From: Lama glama
Taxonomy: Eukaryota
DNA length: 64,000 nucleotides
Assembly: GCA_028534125.1 (NCBI GenBank)
Contig: CM052817.1
Span: 96,598,001-96,662,000, forward strand
Reading direction: 5' to 3'
Every line of letters begins with the position of its first letter. Positions within the stretch are counted from its first letter, which is position 1. Made by a program: the position numbers and the translations under genes. The notes beneath the pieces are model-generated. The model was not told the DNA's origin. It did no database searches and saw only the letters and a list, made by a program, of their open reading frames with translations. Below, in pieces: positions 39,683 through 52,682 of this stretch.

Positions 39683-41692
39683 TTTATATTACTTATAGGA
39701 GTTGCATACACAAATTTCTTTTTTAAAACTATTTTCCTTTCTTTATGTACCACTGGAGTTGGGGAGAAAAATAGAGGATTTATCCTTTCTTTACAGGGTC
39801 ATCTTAGCTGAATGTATGAACTCTTCATCTTAGCTTCTATGTTTGAACTTTTCATAAATATATAAAAGATATATATAAGACATTAAACAATTTTACTAGG
39901 AAGTTTTTCCCAATAGTAGTTTAAAATGTGTCAGTGATAATAAAAATATCTCTGTTGATGACTTAGAAAAACACCATAGTTAAATTAACATACAACTTGA
40001 AATTTTAAGGCAAAGGGTAGTGATTTTCCAATGTGTTAGAATTAAATATGATTTTGACCAAATTTTATTAAATAGGCAGAAAAACAAACTATACAAATGG
40101 AAGATGTGAAGTGATTGGATCTATAGGTCCTAAGAAAACACAACTGCAATTAAAGAAGTTTAAAAATTTTTTTTTGGTTTTTGATGATGAAGGTTTCATT
40201 AGATGTTGGATTGATTATTCAGAGTTTCTTAATTCTCTTTCCTTCAAAGTACTTAAGAATACGGCAGCAAATTTTCTCTCTAAAAAAATAGGAGGAGTTC
40301 GGTGAAAGAGAAAGATAGCCCAGAGTCTAGACGGTCTCTTAGGAGCCCTTCCTGTGTATTAATCCTGACTTACATTCATTACTCATCTCCTTAGAGGTAA
40401 TCCAAACAGATTAAGAAATAAGATGCTTTTTTCTTTTCTCTTCTTTTTGGCTTTGGGAACTATTTTTAAATTAATACTTCCTGCTCCCTCCCAAGAACCT
40501 TGGAATCTTTGCAAACAGTTGTTAAATAGCTATAATTTCCTCCCGTATTCATTCAGTGTTCACACCACGTCCAAGATAAGCAACGCCCACTTTAAGGTAT
40601 CACAGTGTCCAATACTATAATAAAGGAAAAAGTGATTTTTAACAGCTGGGAAACATAGGTTTCTAATTCAAGAACACACTGCAAAAAAAAAAAGAGAAGA
40701 TTTTTGCTTTAGACAAGGATTGTGAGAGTTTCTAAATTCTGTTCATACTTCAAAGCCTGGCTCTATTACACCAGATACAACTCAACTCATAACTTATTTT
40801 TCATTTTTCCTTGGGGCCAAACTATACTTAATAGCTAGATCTGCCAATTTTTTTAATTGTATGTTCATTTTGTTGTACAGTTCAAGTTTGTTGGAGTCAA
40901 CTGCAGCAAAGACTTATGACTTACTCTGGTAAATTTCCACTGCTTTTTGTAAAGAAACACTGAAAGACTTTTAAGAAAAGAATGATGTGCTAAAAGCATA
41001 CAATTTATACACCAAGTTCAGAATGTTGAGAGAAAGCAACAAAGGAAACACTGTTCCCACCATCTTTCAGAAAGAAATCTTTGCAGATGTGTCTAATCAA
41101 GGATTTCTATAATCTAGTATTTTTTAAAAGTATTTGTTTTTTCAGTTTAGAAATACATTAAATTGAGCAACAGTCAAGGAAAGAAAACAAAACCCATAAG
41201 ACTCTCTTCGGATTTAAACCATGCAAACCACTGGCTTTACCCAAGAGCAGCAGCAATCCCATTAATGCAATTCACATCTTCCCACTGACCTATGGGATTC
41301 CATATACCCTTGGTATACTTAAAATAAAAACTCTTTTAAGGTATAAAGATCCCTAGTTCCATAGTCAATGGTGCGAGGGTCCAAACTCATGCCCTGTTAG
41401 CAGTGTTTGGATAACAACAAATGAAAATATTTTACAGTGCTGACTAATGAATCAAAGGAACACTTGATCTAAAATTGAATCCCAGCACCCTCAGTCATAA
41501 ACAACCTTCTTAATTAACATAATCTACTAAGAAACAAGAATTTCCAATGTTTTTTTAATGCCTTTTTTATTTGTTATACAAAGTTTTCTACTTCAGGCTC
41601 CATAGAAGGTTGCCTTCTCACCTAGTGAGTCTGGAAATATTTGAGAAAGTACCAGCAGGGAGTTTGTCACCAAATGGATTTTCACATTTGGG

Positions 41693-41790
41693 TGAGTGGT
41701 TCTCAAACTTCAATATGTATCAGAATTGCTGTGGTTAAGCTGAAGTCTCACAGGTGATTTGATGCCCACTCAAGCTTTAGAACCACTGCT
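41693..41790. mobile_element. Internally deleted MER5-like hAT element
   Basis: Terminal inverted repeats AGTGGTTCTCAAACTT ... AAGCTTTAGAACCACTG. Confidence 0.7.
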
Positions 41791-42547
41791 CTAGATTCCA
41801 CATTCATGATCTCTTCCATTTTGTCCTAGGAATTCATTTTTAAGTTTTAATCAAAATATGGTTCTTAATTTCTAGGACTGCCAATAGCCTTTGTCTTCTC
41901 TGTACATGATTCTTCTCTGGTCTTTAGCAACAACTCACTACGTGTGGCTGAGTCTCCCCTGATCTAGGGAGAGGAAAGAGGGGTCAGCCCCAGCAGAGGG
42001 AACTTGTGTTAGTTCAACTAGCTTACTTCAATGCTATCTCAATTTCTTTAGAGAAAGTGAACATTTCTAGCCTTCAAATAAGCCGCTAAAGCAGCTGGAT
42101 CTAGATGAAATACACAACACTGCTTCCTCTTTGGAAGATCCTAATTCTTCAGAAAACACCGTGGGAAATCTGTTGACAATTTCCTGTAGGCTGACCAACA
42201 TTAATTCCCAATGATGTCAACCATTTCCTTTCCATGAGGTTTTGCAAAGCCCTTGGCCATGCAAAATTTGTTCTTGAAGAGAACGTGCTGAGATATATTT
42301 TGTTCTTGCTCTGTTTCATTCGCTTGGAGAAGTACCTGTGAAGAGTAAGCCTTCAATAAATATCTGTTGAATGAATGGTTTCTTGTCACATAAAGTATGT
42401 GGTCTTGAAAACTGTGAAGGACATCATGAACTTAGTATCCAGCCCTTTGTAAAATATCAAGGGAGCTCCCTTTGTGCCTCATTGATCTACCACAGAGTTG
42501 ACTTCCATTTTTGCAAACATAGTCATCAAAAAGAAAAAAATTGTTTT

Positions 42548-42645
42548 AGAAAAAAGCATATGTATATGTGTGACTGAATCACCATGCTGTATACCAGACA
42601 CTAACACAACACTGTAAATCAACTAGACTTCAATTAAAAAATACA
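42548..42645 (+). mobile_element. L1 3' tip
   Basis: ACTGAATCACCATGCTGTATACCAGACACTAACACAACACTGTAAATCAACTA. Confidence 0.85.
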
Positions 42646-43327
42646 TAAAACTTGTGTTAAATGCAGCACTATTCAGAGGTTTCTTACCTATATCATAATA
42701 TAATTCTGATACAATTCCAGATTTTCAGTATCAGTTGGCAAACTTAGACCATTTGATGCCAGCTTATACAAGATGGTCCTAGACTTTATCCAAATATATT
42801 TTGAAGCATGATCTCATTCATAAAAGACTCTCTATTCTTAAATATTCCAGAATTCTGATGTAACCCTCTGCTATCTGAACGGAGTTGCTGTGTCTGAAAT
42901 GGCTAGATTTCCTAGGATGGGCACACCCTGTTTCCTAGTGACTCATCAACAGAGTGCTCTTTCTACATATATTAAAAACATTAGCGTTTTTTAAAATTTA
43001 AATAGAGCTTAGATTACATGAGTAGAAACTATAAGTTTTACTTAAGAAGGAGTAGATTCTACACAAGAGACTGTCTCTAAAAGTTGTCTGTCCATTACAT
43101 TTTGGAAACTGAATTGTAATCTAAAAGTACCGAGGCAGCTAGCTCATCTGCTGGTGTGAGCCTATGATACTGCCTTTTGCAAAGTGATCAAAAAATGTAA
43201 AAGTAAATCCTTTTACTACCAACAAATTTGTCATTTGTGTTATTAAAGTAATGCCTTGTTTCAGCAGCTCAAGGAGGCCCTTTTGCAAATGATTCATATT
43301 TTAAAAAGATAGAATAAGGCATTTTTT

Positions 43328-43476
43328 GAGGATTTTTAAAAAATTCTTTTATTTTTTGCTTGTGAGGGAAGTAATTTGGTTTGTTTGTTTGTTTTTAATG
43401 GAGGTACTGGGGACTGAACCCGGGACCTCATGCATGCTAAGCACACGCTCTACTACTGAGCTGTACCCTCCCCTCC
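43328..43476 (-). mobile_element. Vic-1-like SINE, long form
   Basis: TGGAGGTACTGGGGACTGAACCCGGGACCTCATGCATGCTAAGCA...; TSD AAGGCATTTTTT at 43316-43327 and 43477-43488. Confidence 0.93.
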
Positions 43477-43539
43477 AAGGCATTTTTTAAAAAACAGCAC
43501 AGAAAAATCACCAGCCAAGTGGCTTTTGCCCAGGTAAAT

Positions 43540-44050
43540 TCTTTCATTCAATTTGCTGAAATGTTCTCTAAGCCAGACATTAAGCAACAGAGAACAAGAC
43601 AGTCACAGCTTCTGCCCTCACAGAGACTACATTCAAAAGGGAAATACAAACATTAAGAAAATACTTACAAGCACAACAGGTGTTAAGAAAAGAGAAGTTC
43701 AGATTGATATGAGAATGTTTAAAGTGACGTCTTTAAGGCCTTCCTGGGGATGTGGTATTTAGACTGAGACCTGAGCAACAAGTGACAATTGGCCAAGCAA
43801 AGTAAGAAGAAACAGCATGCTCTTGGTTCAGGGACAAAGAGAGACTGTCATGGAAAAGGAATTGAATCAAGTCCAGTAAGGCCAAGGTAGAGAAGAGATG
43901 GGGCAGCCAGCTGGGAGAGGAAGCTGAAAACGTAGGCAGGACTCAGTTTGTGGAGGTCCCTGCCACTACGTGAGATATTTGAGACCTCGTCCCCAGAACA
44001 GTGGAAAACTATGGCAGGGAGTAAAGGAGGTATCATGGTAATGGTTTCAT
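43540..44050 (-). mobile_element. L2 3' fragment
   Basis: TTCATTCAATTTGCTGAA...AACAAGACAG...CTGCCCTCACAGAG...CTGAGACCTGA. Confidence 0.65.
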
Positions 44051-44097
44051 GAACACACATCAAGAAAACAACACTCAGCCAACTCTTATTAGAGCCA

Positions 44098-44603
44098 TCT
44101 GTCTCACCCTAAGGTTACCTCCAAGGAGCAGAGCCAGAGACATTCAGGGCTGGCAAGCTCCTAGTTTATTTCAGGCAATGAGCCCAAGGATCAGAAGTGG
44201 GGGAGTGAGAGGAGTGAGACAAAGGAATGAAAGTCAATCCAAAGGTATACTACTCCACAGATCTCCACTGCAAGCAGGAGGTCTCCACCCAGCAGGGGAC
44301 AACTCCTAGGCGCCACATAGAAGGTGCCTAAGAATTATCCAGCCAAAGGATTGGAAAGGGGAGTATTTACCCACCACCTCCCATTCCCTGAGGGTCCAGG
44401 TTCACACATGCATCCAAATGGCTGAAAGGGCCCCTGCGGGTGTGTCACGAGGCAGCCCCGCCATTGAGCAAGAGGCACCTGTGAAGCTGGGGCAGCTGTC
44501 ATCAGGCTAACACTGCCCTGCAGCTGGTTGCAACAGCAAAGCTGAAATTCACAAGTAGGATAAGAGTTTGCAAGGTGGGACATAAGAATCAGATATGCCA
44601 CTC
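44098..44603. mobile_element. ERVL LTR16-like remnant
   Basis: AGCAGAGCCAGAGAC...TAGTTTATTT...GGGAGTATTTACCCACCACCTCCC pattern. Confidence 0.5.
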
Positions 44604-44739
44604 CATTTATAGTTCACTCAGGATCCTACTGTAAGTCTGGAATTACCCGTCAACAAAACACAAAAACACATAAAGCATTTGGAGTACAGGTGCTGGGGAG
44701 GACAATTCATTATCTAGTGTCAAGTTCCATCCATAAATA

Positions 44740-45490
44740 ATGCTTTTTTCTGAATAACACTAAGCGCCAGGCTCTGTGCAAAGCCCTTATATTGTTTGTT
44801 ACATGTACTCCTCCAGACAATCTTACAAGGAGGTACTATCCTTGTAACTGTATCAGTTATCCATGGCTGTATCCCAGAGCATCCCAAACTCAGCAGCTCA
44901 ACAATCAACATCTATCATCTCACTCAGTTCCTGTGGGTCAGGAATTTGGGAGCAGCTTAACTGGGTTGTTTCTAGCTTAAGATCTCTCATGAGGTTGCCA
45001 TCAATATGTCAGTCAGGGTTGCAGACAAGTGAAGGCTTCACTGGGGCTGAGGGATGTGCTTCCAAGATACCCATATGGTGCTGATTGTTGGCAGAAAACT
45101 TCAGCTCCTGCCAAGCAGGCCTTTCCTTGGACTATTTGACTGTCCTTACAACACGGCCCCTGGCTTCCCCCAGGCTGAATCCAAGAGAAGGGGCAAGGGA
45201 GAAGCCATGGTGTCTTTTATTACCTAGCCCCAGAAGTCACACACCACCATTTCCACAATTTCCTCTTGGTTACACAAGTCAACCCGACTCAGCATGGGAG
45301 GAGACTACATCCAGGTCTTCATGAATATCAGAAGGCAGGGATTGCTAGGACCATCTTAGAAACCAGCTACCACAATCACCATTTTACAACTGAGGCTCCT
45401 GGGGCCCAGAGAGGTAAAGTTACTTTCTTAAGGTCACGCAGTAAGTTGTGAACTTAATATTTGAACCTGGTTCTCCTCTGGCTCTAAGTT
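44740..45490 (-). mobile_element. MIR split by an MLT1 LTR
   Basis: Left half GCCAGGCTCTGTGCAAAGC...ACAAGGAGGTACTAT; right half CCATTTTACAACTGAGG...CAGAGAGGTAAAGTTACTT...AAGGTCAC. Confidence 0.7.
44849..45374 (-). mobile_element. MaLR MLT1-type solo LTR
   Basis: TGTATCAGTTATCCATGGCTG...TGTGGGTCAGGAATTTGGGAGCAGCTTAACTGGG...CCATCTTAGAAACCAGCTACCACA. Confidence 0.85.
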
Positions 45491-47739
45491 CTCTGTTTTT
45501 TTTATCACTATACTTTCTCTTTAAATAACCTGATACTTAAAGATGAACATATTTATCCATACAGGGAAATGTTAATATAGAGTATCAAGAAGAAAAAAAC
45601 CTGGAGCCCACCAATAGACTTCATTTGGCACAAATTTCTGACTCCAAGTTCCTTCATCTACAGACTAAATTGTCAGATTTATAAACACAGGTGCATGTGT
45701 GCCAGAATTAATCACGTTACATGGCAGCGTGTAAAGAAAAGGGCACAGTCCGAGAAAGCTAATTTAGTAAAATAAACGGACTTCAAAGCAGCTCGGATGG
45801 TTTCAATACTACCTTAAAAAAAATTAAAAAGGAAGATTAAGGGTATGATCATGAGCCGTGAATAACAAATCCATCCTCTCTGCAGGATGGGGGCAGGGAC
45901 TGCTTTCTTCCACTTCGTGTTTACAGGATGTGAAAACCAAAGTCCTAGTGACTAAATGTTGCTGTACATCACCCAGGATGCCCGACTCAAGTACTCGGCG
46001 GGGAAGCTGGGGTTACCGTTCTCAGCAGTGGGGTGCTGCGCAATTACAGCAAAATGTGAAAACTGAAGATCTGCCGTGTTTTCGGTGAAGAATCGGTGTA
46101 CTACTGGATGGTCTCCTCCTGTATCCATGGGTATCACCAGGGGACCCTGTTGTATTCATTTAATGAACCATCAGCATTGGAATAAAAAGCTAAAAGAATG
46201 AGTAACATCTACCATTCTTTAGTCCCATCAATATCAAACACATTGTTATTTAAACCACAGAGCAAAAATCTAGGGACGGTATTCTGAAACGGTATTCTCA
46301 TCACCTCTTATTCATCACACCAAGTCCTAGCTCCGGTGGTCCCGCAGCATCTCCTGGCCCTCCTGCCCATGGAGGAAGCCATCTGATAGGGCATGATCCA
46401 GCGAGTTCACATTAATGAGTCTGTCCGTCTAATTCTCCAAACTCCCCACTGTTCTGTCCCCCTCCCCTCCCACTCCTCCAGAACAATACCCCATTGTTAT
46501 AACCATCTTAGGGCTTCAGGCACTGGTTCTTTTCAAGTACAGCCTTTCTGAAAGCTCTTGCTTGCTGTATTTCTTTCCCTTCTATAAAAGTTAACAGAAA
46601 GCAGGCATATCATGGGCTGAGATCCACAGAGAAAATTAAAGCCATTCCATACTCAATGGTCTCCAGCCGTTTTTCATATCTGCAGACCAGGCCTACAAAT
46701 TCAATCATTTTCATTCATTTCAACTTTTGTTACAAAGCATTTGGAATGGAATAAATTAGCCAGCTCATCTTTCCCTCTATTTCGGAAAAAAAAAAACAAG
46801 AGTACTATTTCTATAGAGAGAGCATTTCATGGAATAGACACCATTTCTTACAGTAAAATTGCTTGACAAATAGGGTAAGAGATACGCATGTGTTGAATAA
46901 GATTTCAAAGGAGAGAAGAATGTGCAACAAAAAGAGGCAGGGGCTCTGATCCAATAAAGCACCTCGAACTGTCCAGGGTCTTTGATCTTCAAAAGTGAAG
47001 CTTTGGAACATCACTGTAACAGGCTCTTGGAATATTTCCAGTTTTCCCAGTATTTTTTTTTCCACAGAAAAATGGAATTTCTAAAACGTGACTGTTAACA
47101 TACATGAACCCCATCATCTTTTTTCCGTTCCATCTCCCAGCTCCATACCACTTCAGACACACTCACACTGTCCCTCAGAGGTATCCTGTTACAAAGGATG
47201 TGTGCAGGTGTGTGGAAGGATGAGATAGCTTCAACAGAAAAGCTCCAAACCAATTATAAGACAATCAAAGAAACAAAGAGTTTTTAACCTGAGCTGTCTG
47301 AGTCCAAGGGCACTGGACGATGGGGTACAAGAGGAAAACAGAAGAGGGAAAATAGGGCGGGGCTTCTGAAGAATGGTGCTTTAAGTAATTCTCAAACTTG
47401 ATAATCAACTTTGGTTAACATCTAAAGCCAGGAATAGCTATAAAACCCTTTCCACGGCACCAGAAGTGAGTGGATCTGTCATGACACAATGCAGCTTGAG
47501 TTCCAGAGCCCCTCACTGGCATGGGGACCTTCCAAGGACAACTCTCTTCCTAATTTTCTATTTGTAATTCTGAGTCCTGTTTCTTAAAAAATGGCTTAAG
47601 TTTTGGGGCCTGTAAATTTTGCATTCATTTCTGCACTGCACATCCGCAGAAGTACCCCTGCATCATTTCTACAAGTATAAGCAAAAGCAGAGAGAAACAA
47701 AAACAACGAAAGTAATTTAAAACCCAGAGAGCCGGTTAC

Positions 47740-48280
47740 CCAGTGGCTGTGCTTGAAGTCCTTCAAACGCTTCCCATGATACTTTGAATAAAACCCTAAC
47801 TCCCCACTGTGGTTTGCAAAGCCCTCCCTGATCCAGCTGCTTCTTCAAATCCAAGTCATCCCATTCCCCGTCTGACTTTCCATGTGACCTCCAGCCACAC
47901 CATCCTCCTGCAGCTCCTCTTTCCATCTCAAATCCTTGCCCGTTGTTTCTGCTTCCTCCCTGCTTTTCACATTTCTGTCTTCCCCCTGTTTGGGGGATTC
48001 TCTGGCTCTCCCTGGGGACTCTAAATAAATCATCATGTTCTGTATCTCCTCATCCCCACCCTTGGAGCTCTCTATTAAACCCCATCTTCTTTTCTCCTGC
48101 AGCCTTTTACGCAAGTTAAATTATGTGTTGTTGGTTTTGGTCTTTTGCCTGTTTAATAACTGTCTCCAGTGCAATCCTGCCAGCTCCACCAGGACAGCAG
48201 TGACATGTGTTTTGTCTACCAGTATGTCCAGCTTCCAGTTCAGTGCCTGGCATACAGGAGATGCACCATTAAAATGTGAG
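47740..48280 (+). mobile_element. L2 3' fragment
   Basis: AAACGCTTCCCATG...AAAGCCCTCCCTGATCCAGC...CAGTGCCTGGCATACAG. Confidence 0.6.
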
Positions 48281-48640
48281 CAAAGGATGATAATTGAGTC
48301 ATACAACATTAATTGACTCATCCCATTAATGGAACTTGAGACTTCAAAGCACAGAGAATAACAACAAAAATAATAAACAATAATAATTTGGTGGAAATAT
48401 TTCCGTGACTTTTGAAACTGACTACTTGAAAATAGTATAACATTTTTCTGGCAATTCAGGGACACAGTAATGAACAGTAAATTTCATGCCTTATAGGATA
48501 GAGTGCTTTCCCTGGAGATTATTGCTACTACAGGGTTATTGTGATTACGCTCATTGCCTGAAGCCACTATACATTTTGCATTTTATGCCTACTTTCCTTG
48601 GATTTTCTGCTTCTGTCATCATCAGGCCATTGAACCAACT

Positions 48641-48730
48641 CTTTTTTTTCTAAGTGGAGATATTGAGGATTAAAACCAGGACCTCGTGAATGCTAAGCAC
48701 ATGCTCTACCACTGAGCTATACCCTCCCCT
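48641..48730 (-). mobile_element. Vic-1-like SINE, short form
   Basis: CCAGGACCTCGTGAATGCTAAGCACATGCTCTACCACTGAGCTATACCCTCCCC; TSD core AACCAACT at 48633-48640 and 48734-48741. Confidence 0.9.
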
Positions 48731-49382
48731 ACAAACCAACTTTTTTAACTTCTCAGTGAACCTTCCTTAAGCCACTCACAACCTTGTTCTGCTCTGCTAC
48801 TTTAATCTGTTTGTGGGCTGGGAAATTACACAATGATCCTGGCGAGATGTGCGCAAAGAAACAGCAGACAAGACTGCCTGTGAGATAATCCAGTGAGCGG
48901 AATGGCTTCTGTGTTTGGCACTCGAGACAATCTGCTTACTTACAGGTTAGTGACTTTGCTCCGGACAGGAGAGTTTGCCAGGTAAGCTATTCCTGAATAT
49001 GCGAAGTGTGCTTGATTATTAAATGGCTAAACTGCTGTAGCTCCATGAAAAAAATCTCCTCTCAAACACTCTACTCTCAATGCTTCTGGCCACCAAAGGA
49101 GTGAGTGTTTTTCCCCACCAAGCAGTTCTCCAATTCCCTACAGACACCAGCTGGGTGTCCTACAATTTACATCAGCTCTGGCACCACCTACCCAGAGACC
49201 ACGTCAGATCCCTCAGGTTAAGGGCTCTGTCCTACAGACACTGCCCACCCTCACCCTCCGATGCCAAACAAATGTCCAGGTTGTTACCTGTGAATGACCA
49301 GCTCGAAATGGGAGATGGCCACCATCCCCTCCTCGGGTTAAATAATTTGCTAGAATGACTCACTCCGGAAAACAGTTTACCT

Positions 49383-49762
49383 TGTGAAAGGATTTCAATC
49401 TAAAATGGAACTGGAGGATGTAAAACGGAGAATCTTACGCATGCACCCTCCAAAAACCAAACTTAAAGAACCAAGACTGACATGCTGTAAATGCTTTAAA
49501 ACCAAGACTTTCCTCCTGACCAATGAACATCCACCAAGAATCTCTCCCCATCCTCAAGACAATGAGCTTACTGCTTGGATTCAGGCTGGAATCCTCCTCG
49601 ACTCCTTGCTTATAAGCAACGGCCGGCCTTGAATCGTCAAGGGACGCTTGTGTAGCTTGCTACAGCAGGCGTTTCCCGAATTCCAATTCCTCTGCTATTC
49701 CCGAAAACTCAGTTTCAAGTAATTCAAGTTTACCTCACTTTACCTTTTCATGTAGTTTGGCA
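49383..49762 (+). mobile_element. ERV1-type solo LTR A
   Basis: TGTGAAAGG...TTTGGCA; CCAAT at ~49520 and TATAA at ~49611; 4-bp TSD ACCT. Confidence 0.8.
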
Positions 49763-49764
49763 AC

Positions 49765-50224
49765 TGTCAACTGAGTTAAAATCACACAGCCTAAATGCTG
49801 AGAGCTATGTTTTATCAGGTGGACATTTCTGCGGACTCGAACCCCTTCGAGCCCTGGATAACAGACTCCCACGTCGATCTGAGGGACTGCTCCAAAGAGG
49901 TAAGGGAGGAGCCAGGACATACAGGAGTTTTACAACAAAGACCAGGTAGTCAGAACATTAAAAAGAAAACCAGACATCTCAAGTTAAAGAGTTTCGCACT
50001 TTTCCATGTATGGGAAAGAGCAAACATCTGGGCTCATTGAATTCATTCCTTTGATAAGCACCTAGCTATCTAGGGCCAGTATCCAGTCCTTTCATATTCT
50101 GAGTCCCCTCAGGGTGGCTGCAGAGGCCAGGCTCCCTGCTTGTCTGCATCATGAGTTGGCTGATGACTTGATGGCCACAGCATTCTTTGTTTATTGACAG
50201 GGCTTGCAGGATTTTTCATTCACA
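49765..50224 (-). mobile_element. ERV1-type solo LTR B
   Basis: Minus strand TGTGAATGAAAAA...AGTTGACA; 4-bp TSD CAAC at 49761-49764 and 50225-50228. Confidence 0.85.
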
Positions 50225-50855
50225 CAACCTACTAGATTAGTTGTTTGTTATAAAGAATGCAACTCAGAAACAGTCAGATGGAAGAAGTATAGGGCAAGGT
50301 ATGAGGGAAGGAGGCCAGAGCTTCCATGCCGTCCCCAGGTTCCCCGCCCTCCCAGCAGCTCCACATGTTCATCAACCCGGAAGCTCTCTGAACCCGGTAC
50401 TATAGGGAATTGTATGGAGGCTTCATCAGATCAGCATGACTGATTAAATCATTGGTCACTGATGATTAGTTCAACCTCCAGCCTCTCTATCCTCTCCAGA
50501 AGGGGAGGTAAGGGGGTGGCTGAAAGTTCCAACTCTCTAATCACAAAGTTGGTTCCCCTGGCAACTAGCCCCATCCTACGGTAATCTAGGGGCTTTCCAA
50601 AAGTCACCACAGTAACATAACCTACCGTGTGGTTGAAAAGGCTTGTTATGAAAAACAAAAGACATTCCTTCCATCTTCATCTCTCTGGAACTATCTCAGG
50701 ACCCAAAGACAAAAGACTCAATATTAAACAGAAAATGCTCCCATGCTCTTATCATTCAGAAAATTACAACAGTTTTAGAAGCTGTGTGTCAAGAAAACTA
50801 AATGTGTATAGACATAGATATAGACAGATATATACATAGATATACATTTCTTATT

Positions 50856-51506
50856 TTTCTATTGAAGTATAATTGATTTACAATGTTGTGTTGGCTTCAG
50901 GTGTACAGAAAAGTTATATATTTTTTCATTTTATTTTTCATTGTAGGTTATTATAAGATATTGAATATAGTTCCCTCTGCTATACAGTAAATCTTTGTTG
51001 CTTACCTATTTTATATATAGTGGTATATCTATTAATCCCAAACTCCAAATTTATCCCTCCCATCCTATCCCTTTCCCCTTTGGCAACTGTAAGTTTGTTT
51101 TCTATGTCTGTGATTCTGTTTCTGTTTTGTAAATAAATTCATCTGTATTATTATTTAGATTCTACATATAAGTGATATATAATATTTGTCTTTCTCTGTT
51201 TGACTTACTTCTCTTAATATGATAATGTCTAGGTCCATCCATGTTGTTGCAAATGGCAATATTTCATTCTTTTTTATGGCTGAGTAATACTTCATTGTGT
51301 GGCTGAGTAATATTCCATTCCATTCCACATCTTCTTTATCCATTCATCCTCCAATGGACACTTTGAAAACACCATGGAGTTTCCTTAAAAAACTAAAAAT
51401 AAAGCTACCATATGGTCCAGTGATTCCACTACTGAGCATATAATAAAAAAGATAAAAACTCTAATTTGAAAAGATACATGCACCCTAATGTTCATAGCAG
51501 CACTGT
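50856..51506 (-). mobile_element. L1 3' end with inverted 5' segment
   Basis: Minus-strand 3'UTR/ORF2 end at 50856-51364 abuts a plus-strand ORF2 piece at 51365-51506; TSD ATTTCT(T/C)ATT. Confidence 0.9.
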
Positions 51507-52682
51507 ATTTCTCATTATAAATCACAATATTGCCCCCATCCCCATGCCCATTTGAATTATTGCACTTCCATTCTAAAAGGGGCAAGAGAAATGCAAGTTC
51601 AATACAAATGCAAATATTACATGGAGAAATATATCCAGATTGATTCTTTTGAAGAGGAAAAGAAAGTCAAAGAAAAATATTATGTACCAAAAGTACCAAA
51701 AGTGTGAATCAGGAGTTAATAATTCAGAAAACATTCCTGAAAGTAATGGCAAGGATCAAAAGTGGAAAAAAAAAAAAAACTCTGCTTAAGGAAACTTTTT
51801 ATATGTGAGATAATAATCTAATAGTGGCCAATAACCAAATTAATGATTTGTTCCTCCATGAATGAAGACTCCTTTCTGAGTTAGAAAGGAGGAAGAGGTG
51901 AGCTGGAGAGCAGATAAAAAATGGAGATATGAAGTCTATGACTGTTTTTTGAGGATGACTCACCATGAGCTCTTATAGATGACTGATTGTGAAGAGTGAG
52001 AAAAAGAATGCATTAAACCATAGGCATTTGAGCCCAGTAACTCTCTGGGGAACTCACCTCCACTCTCTGAACTATTTTATTGCATAAGCTAACCTTACGA
52101 ATAGCACCAATGTGAAATAATCCCAACATGTGGTTCTCCTGTCTTTCTAGAGTCCATTAACATCTCTCAAGTAAACTATAAAAAGCACATTCATGTATTT
52201 TTAAGTGTTTGGATTGCACCTCATCTCATTTCAAAAATGACTGCAGTAATTTATAAGAAATCAAGCACACAATAAGGAAGTTAAAAAAGAAAAAAGGGGG
52301 ACTAATTCTGAATAGAAATCAATTACATCTAAGCTAATAGCAAAAATGAGTGATGACATTAGGTTCAACTCTGAACATCCTAGAAGCCACAGTAAACAAA
52401 GGTCAGTGATAAATTATGCACTTCTTGTCTGAACAAAAGAAATATATGATTTATTTAGGAGTTACACATCTTCTAAGAACTATTATCGCAGAGATCCTTT
52501 TACAAATGACTTTGGACAACATAATAGACAATCCACAGACAACTCCTGAATAGATGTTTACACGTTTGCTAATACGCACAAACATATCAGTAAATTACAT
52601 CTGTATGTATTCTAAGTTATATACACATACATGTTCATTTCCTAGTTATAGCCCATATATCTACATATATACTTACACACAT

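Larger units (their letters stand above)
49036..51533 (-). mobile_element. MER21-like LTR in three pieces (49036-49382, 50227-50855, 51507-51533)
   Basis: ACACCAGCTGGGTGTCCTACAATT, CAGATCCCTCAGGTTAAGGGCTC, TTCCCCTGGCAACTAGCCCCCATCC, ATAAATCACAATAT end; reverse complement of 29059-29960. Confidence 0.85.

Noticed and set aside
51277..51316. Short tandem duplications (also ~3439, ~25075, ~46277, ~51685, ~54018)
   Set aside because: Ordinary 9-23 bp slippage events.
17870..51965. Scattered AP-1 TGA(C/G)TCA motifs
   Set aside because: 7-mers at roughly chance frequency, with no clustering.
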